NCBI RefSeq assembly: GCF_963676685.1
Contig: NC_092351.1
Span: forward strand, 61,194,001-61,258,000
Direction of reading: 5' to 3'
Length of the DNA: 64,000 nucleotides
Source of the DNA: Mytilus edulis
Lineage: Eukaryota
Part shown: positions 13,163-24,983 of the stretch, piece by piece
How the letters are laid out: the number at the start of each line of letters is the position of its first letter
How positions within the stretch are numbered: position 1 is the first letter of the stretch
Position numbers and translations under genes: made by a program
The notes under the pieces: generated by a model
The model's input: the letters and a program-made list of their open reading frames with translations, nothing else
Databases searched by the model: none
Told to the model about the DNA's origin: nothing

Positions 13163-15054
13163 TATTGCGTCTCAAATGGTAACGTCAATTTTTTACGTTT
13201 TACGGCGATTAATTATTTGGGATAAGTTTTGTATTTTGTTTGCAATTTTTGTTTTGCATATCAATATGGATACTTCTCATTATAATGTTTTGTACTGAAT
13301 ATGCATAGAATATTTCCCAATGAAAGTAACGTAAGCAACAAACAACAAAATATATCGTATTTGGGTAATGCATAAGCTATATGAAATGAGAAGATATATA
13401 CGCTATGATGAGTGCCAATGAGACAACTCTCTACCAGAGATCAATTGCCATAAAACGTAATAAAGTGCAATGTTTTCCCATTTAGATCCGAAAAGGAGGA
13501 GGATATATATTTTTCTTTAATATAAAGAGTTTGTCGGAAATTACAAGTTCAACGGGTCTTGCTTATAAAGTTCACTATACTTTCTTTAATAACGGTACAA
13601 TTAGATGATGAAATGAAACGATTGTCAGAAAAAAAGGTTAATTATAATTCATCTCATATGTTTATAAACTTTGTATGATGTGGAGAGGTATGTAGCCACG
13701 CTTTAGGTCCAATTTTATTTTCACTTTCAATTCTATACACATGAATCTTATTGCAGAGAAACAAAAAAAAATCGCAGTCAGTTTACGCTTCCCAAATTTG
13801 AAAATTTGGTAAAGATGATTATTTTGTTATCCTCTTGTGATACAAAACTTTTTCACAACCTCATCTAAACGAATAAAACCAGTCATTGGATTTTATTTAA
13901 TACTTAGTGGTCTTGTTAATAGTATCTGACTGAAGGTATTAATGAAGTTGTTAATTTGTTTTCCTACGTGATGATAAATACATACAGTCCTGCCCACAGC
14001 ATAATTCTTCAACGCATAATGCCTACTACCAAAAATCGGATATGTATATCATGATCCCTTACATTTTTGATGGAAAGATTCAAAGAAAGTTTTAAGAGAT
14101 ATAGTTGATACCTCAATAACTTTCTTTCTGGGTTTTATTTCACCGGGTGAAGGATGTATTTGTATTAAGTACTCCAGATAAATAAAGCTAAACATGACAG
14201 TCAGCATTGTTCCTTTAATTTTTAACTATATTTGTGAAAAACATAAAAAATATGAAGCTCCAACATAAGACCCACAATTCATCAAAGGTACGAAGCTTAC
14301 AGTTTTCTAGATGACCGTACAGTAAAGATCAATGCTACGAGCAAAATTTCTTTTTATAGTCTAACCAATCAACAGTTAAGATACTTATATCCAATTGTAT
14401 TTTTTTTTACTGAATGCAAATTTGCTTTACGAGTGATTACAATTTTGTCACCCGTTTCCGTTCCTTTCGGTATCTTGATATCCCCCAGTTTTACGATGAT
14501 TTTTATTTTATATGTATACCTTCAAAATATTTAGCGTTAATAATACTATTGAAAGAATGCACACTGTGCTTATAAAAAAGAAGATGTGGTATGATTGCCA
14601 ATGAAACAACTGTCCACAAGAGACCAAAATAACACAGAAATTGACAACTATATGTCACTGTACGGCCTTCAACAATGAGCAGTTGTGCGTAATGTATATG
14701 CCTATAGTGGGAAATGTTGCCTGCATCATCAGGACAAGAATAAATTAACACTATATATATATGTGTGTTCTGCGAGGTATGACTGCCAAATATAAGACAG
14801 GTACCGTATACACATTATTGGCATCTATAGACCCTCCGCAGAGAACATCAAATTCTTATTTTTGAATGCAAAGACTAGGCCGTCATAATTCAAATGAAAA
14901 AAAACTTATGCGCGTTTTTAATTTAGATAGATATAGGAAGATGTGGTGTGAGTGCTAATATATATAATTCCTAAACTGAAATAATAAACTTTTTTAATAT
15001 TCTTATGAAAAATAATTCATTTTTCTTGGTAGTATATTTTATATCTTTTGATAG

Positions 15055-15428
15055 GCACTGATGTCATGCGACTATCGATACTTCAAATCGTGAACATCAC
15101 TATTGTTTCAATATTATTTCTACTTTGTGTCTCTATTACGTATGTTTGTTGGAAATATGAAGTATCTTGCACAAAGAGAGAAAGGAGAACAGTTCATTCA
15201 ACACACCACAATGTATCTGGAAACCATGCACATCAAGGAGAGGCTCACGAGTACGTTGAAGTAGATGATGGATGTTTGAATCGAGAATCCTCAATATACT
15301 ATATTCATCGCACGAGAAACAGTGGACGTTCTACTAGGGGTAGTGGCATTTGTGGAGAAGACAGTGACGGATATTTGAATCCCTATCATGCGCTTATATC
15401 AAATGAAATCGAGATGGAGTATGCTTAA
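15055..15428 (+). CDS. Terminal exon of a single-pass membrane receptor-like gene (TM plus Tyr-motif cytoplasmic tail); upstream exons not resolved, possibly a pseudogene
   Basis: Acceptor ttttgatag|GC at 15054/15055. Open frame to TAA 15428 with TM segment [25 protein letters not shown], basic KRERR, and YVEV and [10 protein letters not shown] motifs. Confidence 0.6.
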
Positions 15429-17470
15429 TATATACTAAGCAATCATGCACATGAACCAGTTTTATACATGTTCAAGAGAACACAGTTGATTTCTAAAATC
15501 AGTAGAGCAAATTTACTGATCAGAACTAGTTTTTAATGTTTGTTCTGTTAAATCGATATTCGTTTCTTAGCATGTGTATCCGCCGCAAACACTGTTAGTT
15601 CGCCAAGATTCCTTTGAAGGACATATTGTAACGTGATGTCATCAACGTTTTGTCATGGTTTTCTACGGTTTAAAATGGAATTTAGAATTAAATTATAAGA
15701 AATGACTGTAATATTTTTTCTGTCTATTCGAAATAACATAAAAAATGTGGTCCACACTGTTAAATAACCCGCTACGCGCGTTATTCAGTGTGCACCAAAT
15801 TGTTTATGTTATTTCTTCATAGACAGAAAAAAAATTACAGTCATTCCTTAATTGTAAAGTGTTTAACGGTTTGATTAAACAATCCAAATATGCTAACTAA
15901 AACTTGACATCCTTTATTAAACATTTATATATATATGTCGTGTACAAGTTGCGATTTTGTACAGGTTATAAAATGTACAAAAATATTGTATATGTTATAA
16001 CTTGTATAATGCAAACATACAAGTAATAGTTAACATGTACAAAAGTACCTCGTACATTATAACCTGTACAAAATATTGCTTAAAAATGGGTTTAACTTGT
16101 ACAAAATCGAAAATAAGGATGTTTCTATTATCGCAACAGATGTTATTAACCTCAATAGTATTTTCATAACTTTTTTATATTCCTTCATGTTAGTGTGTTT
16201 TGTCTTTTTTTGGTACAATTAATGTCCAGGGGTTGGTATTACGAAGCATTCCTAAGACTTGTCATAAGATATATCTTAGGGCATGTCTTATGATCCTCTT
16301 ATAACTATCTATGAACATATCTTTATTTGATGAATTATAATTGTGAGTGTCCACTTTGAGGGCAAAAGTAAATAATTTTATTCTAGTTGACACTAAAAGA
16401 CATTAGAGGAAAACCAGGACAGATGTGTCTACAAATAGAATTGGGAATGGAAATGGGGTATGTGTCTAAAAGACAACAACCAGACCATGGAGCAGACGAC
16501 ATCCAAAGGACACAAATACATGCTTTCAAAGTAGAGGATGTATATTTTCAACATCAAAATTACATTCGCCTCATGCAATGATCTTATAGTTTATAAAACA
16601 AAATTAAGTTATAAATTTACATAAGTCATGCTGAAGGCCAAAAATGTCGAAGAGTAGATCCAAAGATATTGATAATGAAGCGTGGTCCCATGAAAACTGT
16701 TTCACCTCTCTCTTGCTTTTACAGAGTAAGCATATAGACATTGTTTTAGTCTTTGCATGCTATAAAACGAGTGGGAGGAGTATTGCCCAAAATTATTAGG
16801 CATCGTTCTTAAAATTTTTGGAAGAATTTAGTTACTAGTATCTAATGTAATTGTCATTAAGGATATGATGCAAGCTTTTAGTAAATAGTGTAACACTTAT
16901 TTAAGCCATGATGGACTATATAAAACATACAATTACATGAAAACACATTTTGCCAACATAAGTCATAAAACATATATTTCTGAAACTTTGTGGTCATTGT
17001 CCTCTACAGAAAAAGACACGTTCTGGCCTATTTATTGTTGTTCTTTATGCATTGGTGAATTTAAAAGTCTATTTTACTTCATTAAAATTTATCTTAAATT
17101 TTGTACAAGTTAAAACCATTTTTAAGCAATATTTTCTACAGGTTATAACATGTATGAGATCCAGTTCCAGACTAAGTATAAATATAAATTAATTTTAATA
17201 TAACCCTCAGGAACCCTCACAATAAATCTAAATGACAGTTTACTTCAGTAACTTGCAAAAAATAAATAATTAGAATATAATTACATATATTATTATTTGA
17301 TTAAATCTTACCTAAAAATGCATGGTTTAAATAAAAGTGTTAAAGTACATTTAGGTGAAATTGATCAAGCAATAGCTAATTCAAAAGACTAGAACTACGT
17401 AAATTACACTTTATTTCAAAATATAACATGTACAAAATATACATAAATTTTGCATACACTTAATATATAT

Positions 17471-18431
17471 ATCCCGGCGAGGGAAGAACCAAAAATTTGC
17501 GAAAGCAAATTTACAGATCTAACATTGTTGGGTTGATGTTTAGACGAGTTGTATATACATTATGTACACAGCCATGTATCACCATCATTGATGGCGATCC
17601 GATGGATACATCTGTTGTAGGGTTGTCACTGACTCAGACGTACTTATGAATATAATTATTTTCTGTGACTGTATCTTACATTAATTTGTAGGATCCTTTA
17701 CTATAGATAATTTAGCTGATCTGTAACAATAACATCTTCATGCCTTATATATCATGTACTGTAGTACGCCGCTAGATTAAAACTGACGTGGAAAGGTAAC
17801 ACATGGCCAGCGAAAGCTCTTTTTTTGAGAGCCCAGGTGGTCGTGTGGTCTAGCGGGACGGCTGCAGTGCAGGCGATTTGGTGTCACGATATCACAGTAT
17901 CATGGGTTCGAATCCCGGCGAGGGAAGAACCAAATATTTGCGAAAGCAAATTTACAGATCTAACATTGTTGGGTTGATGTTTAGACGAGTTGTATATACA
18001 TTATGTACACAGCCATGTATCACCATCATTGATGGCGATCCGATGGATACATCTGTTGTAGGGTTGTCACTGACTCAGACGTACTTATGAATATAATTAT
18101 TTTCTGTGACTGTATCTTACATTAATTTGTAGGATCCTTTACTATAGATAATTTAGCTGATCTGTAACAATAACATCTTCATGCCTTATATATCATGTAC
18201 TGTAGTACGCCGCTAGATTAAAACTGACGTGGAAAGGTAACACATGGCCAGCGAAAGCTCTTTTTTTGAGAGCCCAGGTGGTCGTGTGGTCTAGCGGGAC
18301 GGCTGCAGTGCAGGCGATTTGGTGTCACGATATCACAGTATCATGGGTTCGAATCCCGGCGAGGGAAGAACCAAAAATTTGCGAAAGCAAATTTACAGAT
18401 CTAACATTGTTGGGTTGATGTTTAGACGAGT

Positions 18432-18436
<5 letters not shown>
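17471..18436 (+). mobile_element. tRNA-headed 441-bp element, ~2.2 near-identical tandem units inserted in (TA)n
   Basis: Units start at 17471, 17912 and 18353. A-box-like TGGTCGTGTGG and B-box GGTTCGAATCC are present, and TA runs flank both sides. Confidence 0.85.

Positions 18437-18479
<43 letters not shown>
18434..18479. repeat. (TA)n microsatellite
   Basis: Seen directly. Confidence 0.95.
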
Positions 18480-18485
<6 letters not shown>

Positions 18486-18689
18486 AAAATGTAGATGTCT
18501 AATAAAAAAGAGCAAATACTTAGTATCAGACATTAACTGCTATAAATATAAAATTTCAATCATTAGTATCACAGATAAGAGACAGGGAAGTTTTTCAGGA
18601 TTAAAAATTGTTTGTTCGATAGGATACATATTGTTCATTCAATTGCGTTTTATGTATGTTTTTTTTAATAATGTTTTAAGTCACTTTCA

Positions 18690-19690
18690 TAAATTATATT
18701 TAGGTGATTTCAGTATAAAATAGCAATCGGCCAAGATATACATGAAATATTTTACACTGGACATTAAGTGAGCAGAACCAAAAGAACATATTTTCTTCAT
18801 TATACTACCATTGAACTGATAATAATAATGACTGTCACTGATTGATTGATTTTTGTGTGTGTGTGAAAACCACTTTCGTCAATATAAGCTTTTAGTGGCA
18901 GCCATTTTTATGGGTGGAGGAACGGGGAATTTATTGAGAAACCTGTTGCATGAAAGCTAGCAATCCTATTCGATTAAAATTTGGAGACAAACACACCTGC
19001 AACGTGTGGATCTCGAATTCACAACCTTGAAGTTGACAGGCTAATAATACAGCAGTAAAACCACTTTGGCCACTTGGCCATCGAGGCACTTTTCTCCCCG
19101 ATATTATCTGACCATTAGTCAATATTTCATCATAGGTCTTCATTCATTCATTACGTTAATGAATTCTTAGCTTTTTTGTAAAAGGGTTAAAAACAATACG
19201 ATTAAAATTGAGTATGGAAATGGGGAATGCGTCAAAGAGACAACAAAGAGCGAAAAACAGCCAAAGGCCACCACTTAGTCTTCAATACAGCATGAAATCC
19301 AGACGCGGATCTCCTTCAAGTATTGTCAACTTTTACTAATATAACCTTGATTATTGTTTTTATCAATCTTAATGTAACAATCACCAACAAATTAATCAAT
19401 TCACCCATTGTGACTGATAACAGATCCTCATTTTTTTATAAATCAGTTTTAAACAAAAATAGTGTCCACAGTACACATTTGCCCAACTCACTATCATTTT
19501 CTATGTTCAGTTGACCATGATATTGGGGTTAACGTTAAAACTCTAATTTGGCATGAAAATTAGAAAGATCATATACTAGGGACCATGTACACTACCTTTC
19601 AAGTTGAATGGACTTCAAATTCATCAAAACCAACCTTGAACAAAATCTTTAACCTCAAATGGGACAGACAGACAGATGTAGGTGGGGCAT
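18690..19690 (+). repeat. Segmental duplicate of ~5490-6530
   Basis: Colinear shared sequence including the same SINE remnant and the same truncated HINE ending in aggtggggca. Confidence 0.85.
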
Positions 19691-19919
19691 AAAAAGAGGA
19701 GTCATTCGTTGAGGAAAACTCATAAAAAAGTATGAAAAAAACAAAACAACACTACATGGAATACTTAAGTTTGATCAATATGAACTCAGTCAAAAATGTT
19801 CAAAGATGAAATCAGACAATTCCCTTGAACCTCCATTTAATAATGTGGAATTCTACAAAATATATCCGATCTTGCTTCAAAACTTTGTAGATCTTCTTGT
19901 GGTTTTTTGTGCAAATTAG

Positions 19920-20270
19920 TTTAAACATATTAATTTATAGTGGATTGGGAAACAAGTTTGCTACTTAAATTAATCCCTTTCCACTTTGTGGGCGCAATTG
20001 CTGTCTTGTAGCGGCACTAGCCTGTCCTTTTTCGAAATTTTCAAGGGTGTCTTTAATGTGCAAGAGATATTGCTCTCTCTTAACACGGGTCAGCCATTTA
20101 TCGCCGTCCCCCTTCCAACTGACTATCATCGTTTCCTCAAGACCATACTCGCAAATGGTGTCAAGGGAGAGCCGAAAATTCAGTCCCTGAAATTTTCATA
20201 CCGGAACAGGAGTCGAACCAGGAACCTTTGTGTAAGTAGTCTGATGCATTAACCAGTACACCTCGGCTCT
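19920..20270 (-). mobile_element. tRNA-derived SINE, probably Meta/MESC-domain type
   Basis: Minus-strand tRNA head with B-box GGTTCGACTCC (20209-20219). Central TGCACATTAAAGACACCC resembles the Meta-domain core. Confidence 0.7.
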
Positions 20271-20479
20271 GACTAATTAACAAACATTCTATTTTGATCT
20301 GCTTTATTTATTCATTATAGGAAGAATTGTACCCTAAGCTGACATTACATTCAGTAACAAATTCTAAACTATATTAGATAACAACTAACAATAAAAAATG
20401 TAAAAATACATAAAAATACAGTGCAACCTTTCTTAAATAAAAATAATTGGTTTTATTTCAAAGTTTTGTTTTGATATGT

Positions 20480-20782
20480 AAGGAATGACTGTAATATTTT
20501 TTCTGTCTATGAAGAAATAACATAAAAAATTTGGTGCACACTGAAAAACGCGCGTAGCGGGTTATTTAACAGTGTGCACCACATTTTTTATGTTATTTCG
20601 AATAGACAGAAAAAATATTACAGTCATTTCTTATAATTTAATTCTAAATTCCATTTTAAACCGTAGAAAACCATGAAAAAGCGTTGATGATGTCACAGTC
20701 ACATGACTAAATTATGTCTATGGGCTCATAACAAAATAACGTCCGCCAATCAGAAGATGCGTTACATCCAAAATTAAATTAT
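20480..20782. mobile_element. Hairpin-containing MITE-like repeat; other copies at ~15635-15851 (inverted) and ~11585-11750
   Basis: aaggaatgactgtaat..attacagtcatttctt internal inverted repeat, shared among copies. Confidence 0.7.
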
Positions 20783-23299
20783 TCATTGATAACTGAGTAA
20801 GTTTTATTTTTTATACACAAGTCTTCCTCTAAGATTTACATGTAGTACATGTAGTTTGTAACATGTTAAATTAAATACATTTTATAATTTCAATTTAAGT
20901 CAAATTTAAACAAATTTTTTCGTAAAGGAATTGTTTTTTGTATGTACTATAGAAAGTCATGGTTTTGTATTCAATATTCAATATTAAATTAAAAACATAA
21001 AAATATCACAATTATAAAAAATTACAATTTTCAAAATATGAATTAAAAATGCAAATGTTGTTTCTTTTCAATTTTTAAGAATAACAAAAGTCATCTAATA
21101 ACTTTCTCTATGTAAATATATTTCATATAAATATACATAATATATACTATTTGAATTTATACAAATACAAGTACTAAATAAAGAAAATGGAATTTCATAT
21201 TAAAACATATAGAAAAACATTGTAAAATGGGAAAGTTAAACAATAAAAAAAAATGCCATTTTATATGCATTCATCCTTGATGTATTATGCTTGTATATGG
21301 GTTAAAAAATTCCCTAATATCACATTATTATCACATGACAAAAAAATGTTAATCAAATTTGATTTTAATTCAAGAGTTCATATCTAAACAAATGTAAAAA
21401 TATGGACGGAACACTATAATAAATTGTAAGTTATCATTGAATGGTTAACTGCAAATTATAGTTCACATATGTAAGATCACAAAAACATATTATGTAAGAT
21501 CATAAGATAAATTACTTGCACCACTGTGACAATATCCTTTAAACTGTAACTCAAAATTTCTGACAGAAATAAATTTCATACATATTTTCCTATACACTTG
21601 TACCAAACTTAAAGAGTAAAATTGAGGAAGGAAATGGGGGATTTGTCAAAGCGAAAACAACCCGACCATAGAGCAGACAACAACCGAAGGCCACCAATGG
21701 GTCTTCAATGTAGCGAGAAACTCCCCAACCCGGAGGCGTCCTTCAGCTGGCCCCTAAAAAACTATGTATACTATAGTACATATCTATCTCTGTACCAAGT
21801 TTCATTAAAACCTTTCGAAAAATTTAATGAAAAATTTGTCTTGCATATTTCATTGACAGACAGACAGATTCATTCTCTCCTAAAATGTGTTGTAAGGATA
21901 ATAATAATATATTCATGATATACTATTTTCTAAATATTGTTGATCAATATTTTACACCAAGTGTAAAGTACTATGTAATGTCCTTTTCTCTTATTATTAC
22001 TATATCCACAGTTGTTTTTTAGTATAATTTTGCAATGGAACGTGAAGCATTTCTGTTTTTAGGTATTGTAGATTTGTACTGATTAAACTCTGTGCCTTCC
22101 CCATCCTTTTTTTCTTTGAACCACCAATAAAAATCTTTATCAAATATGCTTAAATATATTGTATACATATAATGGTTATTAAGACAGAAATCCAACAATT
22201 TCTTATTAGAAAAAAGAAAATCTTATATGGTCACATCATTACAGTAACTGATTGAACTCAAGATACATTAAATATAAAGTTCCAGACTAAGTATGAATAT
22301 AAATTTACTTTAATATAACCCCCACAAAGCCTCACAATAACTTTAAATGACAATTTACTTCAGTAACTTGTGTATACTAAATAATTGAAATATAATATTA
22401 TTACTTGATAAATTTTACCTAAAAATTCATGGTTTAAATAATAGTGTCAAAGTTCATTCATGTGAAATTGATTAAGCAAAAGCTAACTCCTATTAAAGAC
22501 TAGAACTACCTAAAATACAATTTATTTCACAAAAAATCATATACAAAATATACAAAAATTACTCATACACTGATCTATATTATTATTTTTTAAAAGTAGA
22601 CTTCTAATATAAATAGGGGGACAAAATCAGTCATCAATTGCTATAAATATAAAATTTCAACAAACGGTATCACAGATTAGAGATAGGGAAGTTTTTCACA
22701 ATTAAAAATTACATATAGCACTATAACAATAATACCATTGTTCAAATTTCAATTGGTAATATATCATAAACAATTTGTAAAAGATTTAATCCACACTTAA
22801 AGTTTTAAAGTCAATTATCATGTTTACTCATTATAGGAATGTATCATTACTGAGGATGATTCTGCATGAAACAGGGACAGATACAGCCATTTTTCAAAAG
22901 GGGGTTCCCAACTCAGGATAAAAAGGAGGGGGGTCCAATTATATGTCCCAATCCTCCAAAAAAAGGGGGGTTCCAAGAACTTCCAACCCCAGAACCTACC
23001 CCCTGGATCTGCCACTCATGAACAAAAACAAATGGAATGAGCATGACATCAATGAAAATTGTTTATAGAATATATTACAATAAACCTTTCCCAAGAAAAG
23101 CTAAACCTCACAATTAACAACACTGGGAACAATTCTTTGAAAAATAGCAATAGCAAGTAGCACCAAGCCATTAAACAACTTGTCAGAAATTTTACTTGTG
23201 TTTGTTCAATCACATCACACATCCCCTGAGATTTCAACACATAATGAAAATTAGATTAAATTGCAGATAAACTGCATTATTACATGTCATTTAAAAATA

Positions 23300-23551
23300 A
23301 ATAGTTATCAAAAGTACCAGGATTATAATTTAGTACGGCAGACGCGCGTTTCATCTACATAAGACTCATCAGTGACGCTCAAATCGAAATATTGATAAAG
23401 CCAAACATGTACAAAGTTGAAGAGCATTGAGGATCCAAAATTCCAAAAAGTTGTGCCAAATACGGCTAAGGTAATCTATGCCTGGAATAATAAAATCCTT
23501 AGTTTTTCGAAAAATTCAAAGTTTTGTAAACAGGAAATTTATAAAAATGAA
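23300..23551 (-). mobile_element. Retrozyme-like repeat fragment carrying a hammerhead ribozyme
   Basis: Contains the hammerhead below; related fragments at ~25615-25662 and ~52785-52925. Confidence 0.75.
23335..23380 (-). ncRNA. Minimal type I hammerhead ribozyme (slightly degenerate)
   Basis: GAGCGUCA-CUGAUGA-GUC UUAUGUA GAU-GAAA-C GCGC G-UC/UGCCGU. The core is intact; stem II has a G.U closing pair and stem I has one mismatch. Confidence 0.8.
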
Positions 23552-24775
23552 TAAAGCCTTTTTAAAGTGTACTACTTTAGAACATTGAGTCATTAATAAT
23601 TTCACAGAACAAAATATCAATTTACTAAAAATACAAACAAAGAGGGTGTTGATTTGTGTATGCAAAAAGGTTGATAAGTGATTTTTTGATGAAAGAACAT
23701 TATTTTTTCATTTCTAGTTAAAAAAAATATATAAAAATGAAATAGCTGGACAGCTACAAATAAAAATACAGAAATGTGTTCCCTTCAATTTTTCATGTTG
23801 ATTTTAAACCAAATTTCATTTTCTTACATGTTATATACTGATATTTATACATGTATATATATAACACTTTTTAATATAATAAAACAAGTTTTATTTTTCA
23901 TTTCCATCTTAATTTGTTATACAGAAATTTAAAAAGATAAGGTATGTACTGTATGATTGGAAAGTTGGAAAATTTGCATCTCTTGAAAGAAATTTTGAGA
24001 AAATACAAATTAAAACCCTGCAAAGCCTGTATATATAGAATAAACATGAACAATTTTAATATAGATTTAAATACCAAATAAATTTAAAAAAATTAAAACT
24101 TTACAAGCAACTACATCCATAAAACATGCCAGTGTTTACATTTCTCTTGAAATTTCATCTGCTCCTACAAATATATCACTAAAAGTAAATGATTTGTCTT
24201 GAGTACTCTATATGCAATCATGACAGATAATAAAATATATTATAATTTACAAATTAAGGTATAAGAGAAATTTTATACCGTTCTAAATAGACCCAATTAA
24301 AAACAAGTATGGCCATCATTGCCGTGAAAATTACAATAAAACTGCCTTAAGTTATCTTTAAAAAGACACAGACAAAATATTCCCTCTTTAAAGCTGTCTT
24401 TCATTAGTTGTTGTTTTATATCATTTCAAAATTCCATGAAGAATTGATCAAAACATAACTTGATATATTCTACAAAGCATGAATGGAGAGACATACAGTA
24501 TAACAACTCCCTTTATATCAAAGGGACTTATAAAATATAACAGATGAAAAAAGAACATGAAAAAAATCATCTTTTTGATGATATATAAACAATGTATTTC
24601 TCAAAATTTAAGAAAAAAAAATATTCCCTGTTCTCTTGTACGAATAAAGGATTTTTCTGAAACACTTATTAAGATTTTTTTATTATTTTCTCAATGAAAA
24701 ATAAAGTATTAATATCGTACAAAAAATGCATTTAAATAAGCACCCACAGAAAACAACTGTTGACTTCAGTACAAC

Positions 24776-24983
24776 TTAAGCCATGGAGTCATCTGAATGT
24801 TTTAATCTATATCTTCTATCAGAAGACATAGGAAGCTCGTTGATGAATTCTCCTCTGGGTCCTTTGACGGTGATATGTGAAGAAGAAATAGCAGAATGTT
24901 TGGAAGAACGTCTAGTTCTCTCTGATATAGGAAGCTCTGTAAAGACTTGGCCCTGAGGTCCTTTCACTTTAAAATATATTGGT
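24776..24983 (-). CDS. ANO: Anoctamin last coding exon (...KHSDDSMA*)
   Basis: tttacag acceptor, phase 2 compatible with the previous exon, open to TAA. Confidence 0.7.

Larger units (their letters stand above)
17164..18610 (+). repeat. Duplicate of ~22279-22710, interrupted by the 441-bp tandem element
   Basis: gttccagactaagtat.. and ..gggaagtttttca..ttaaaaatt are shared colinearly. Confidence 0.8.

Noticed and set aside
17831-17925. Functional tRNA gene
   Set aside because: It has A/B boxes, but the central region is over-long, there is no clean acceptor or anticodon stem, and it is part of a repeat unit.
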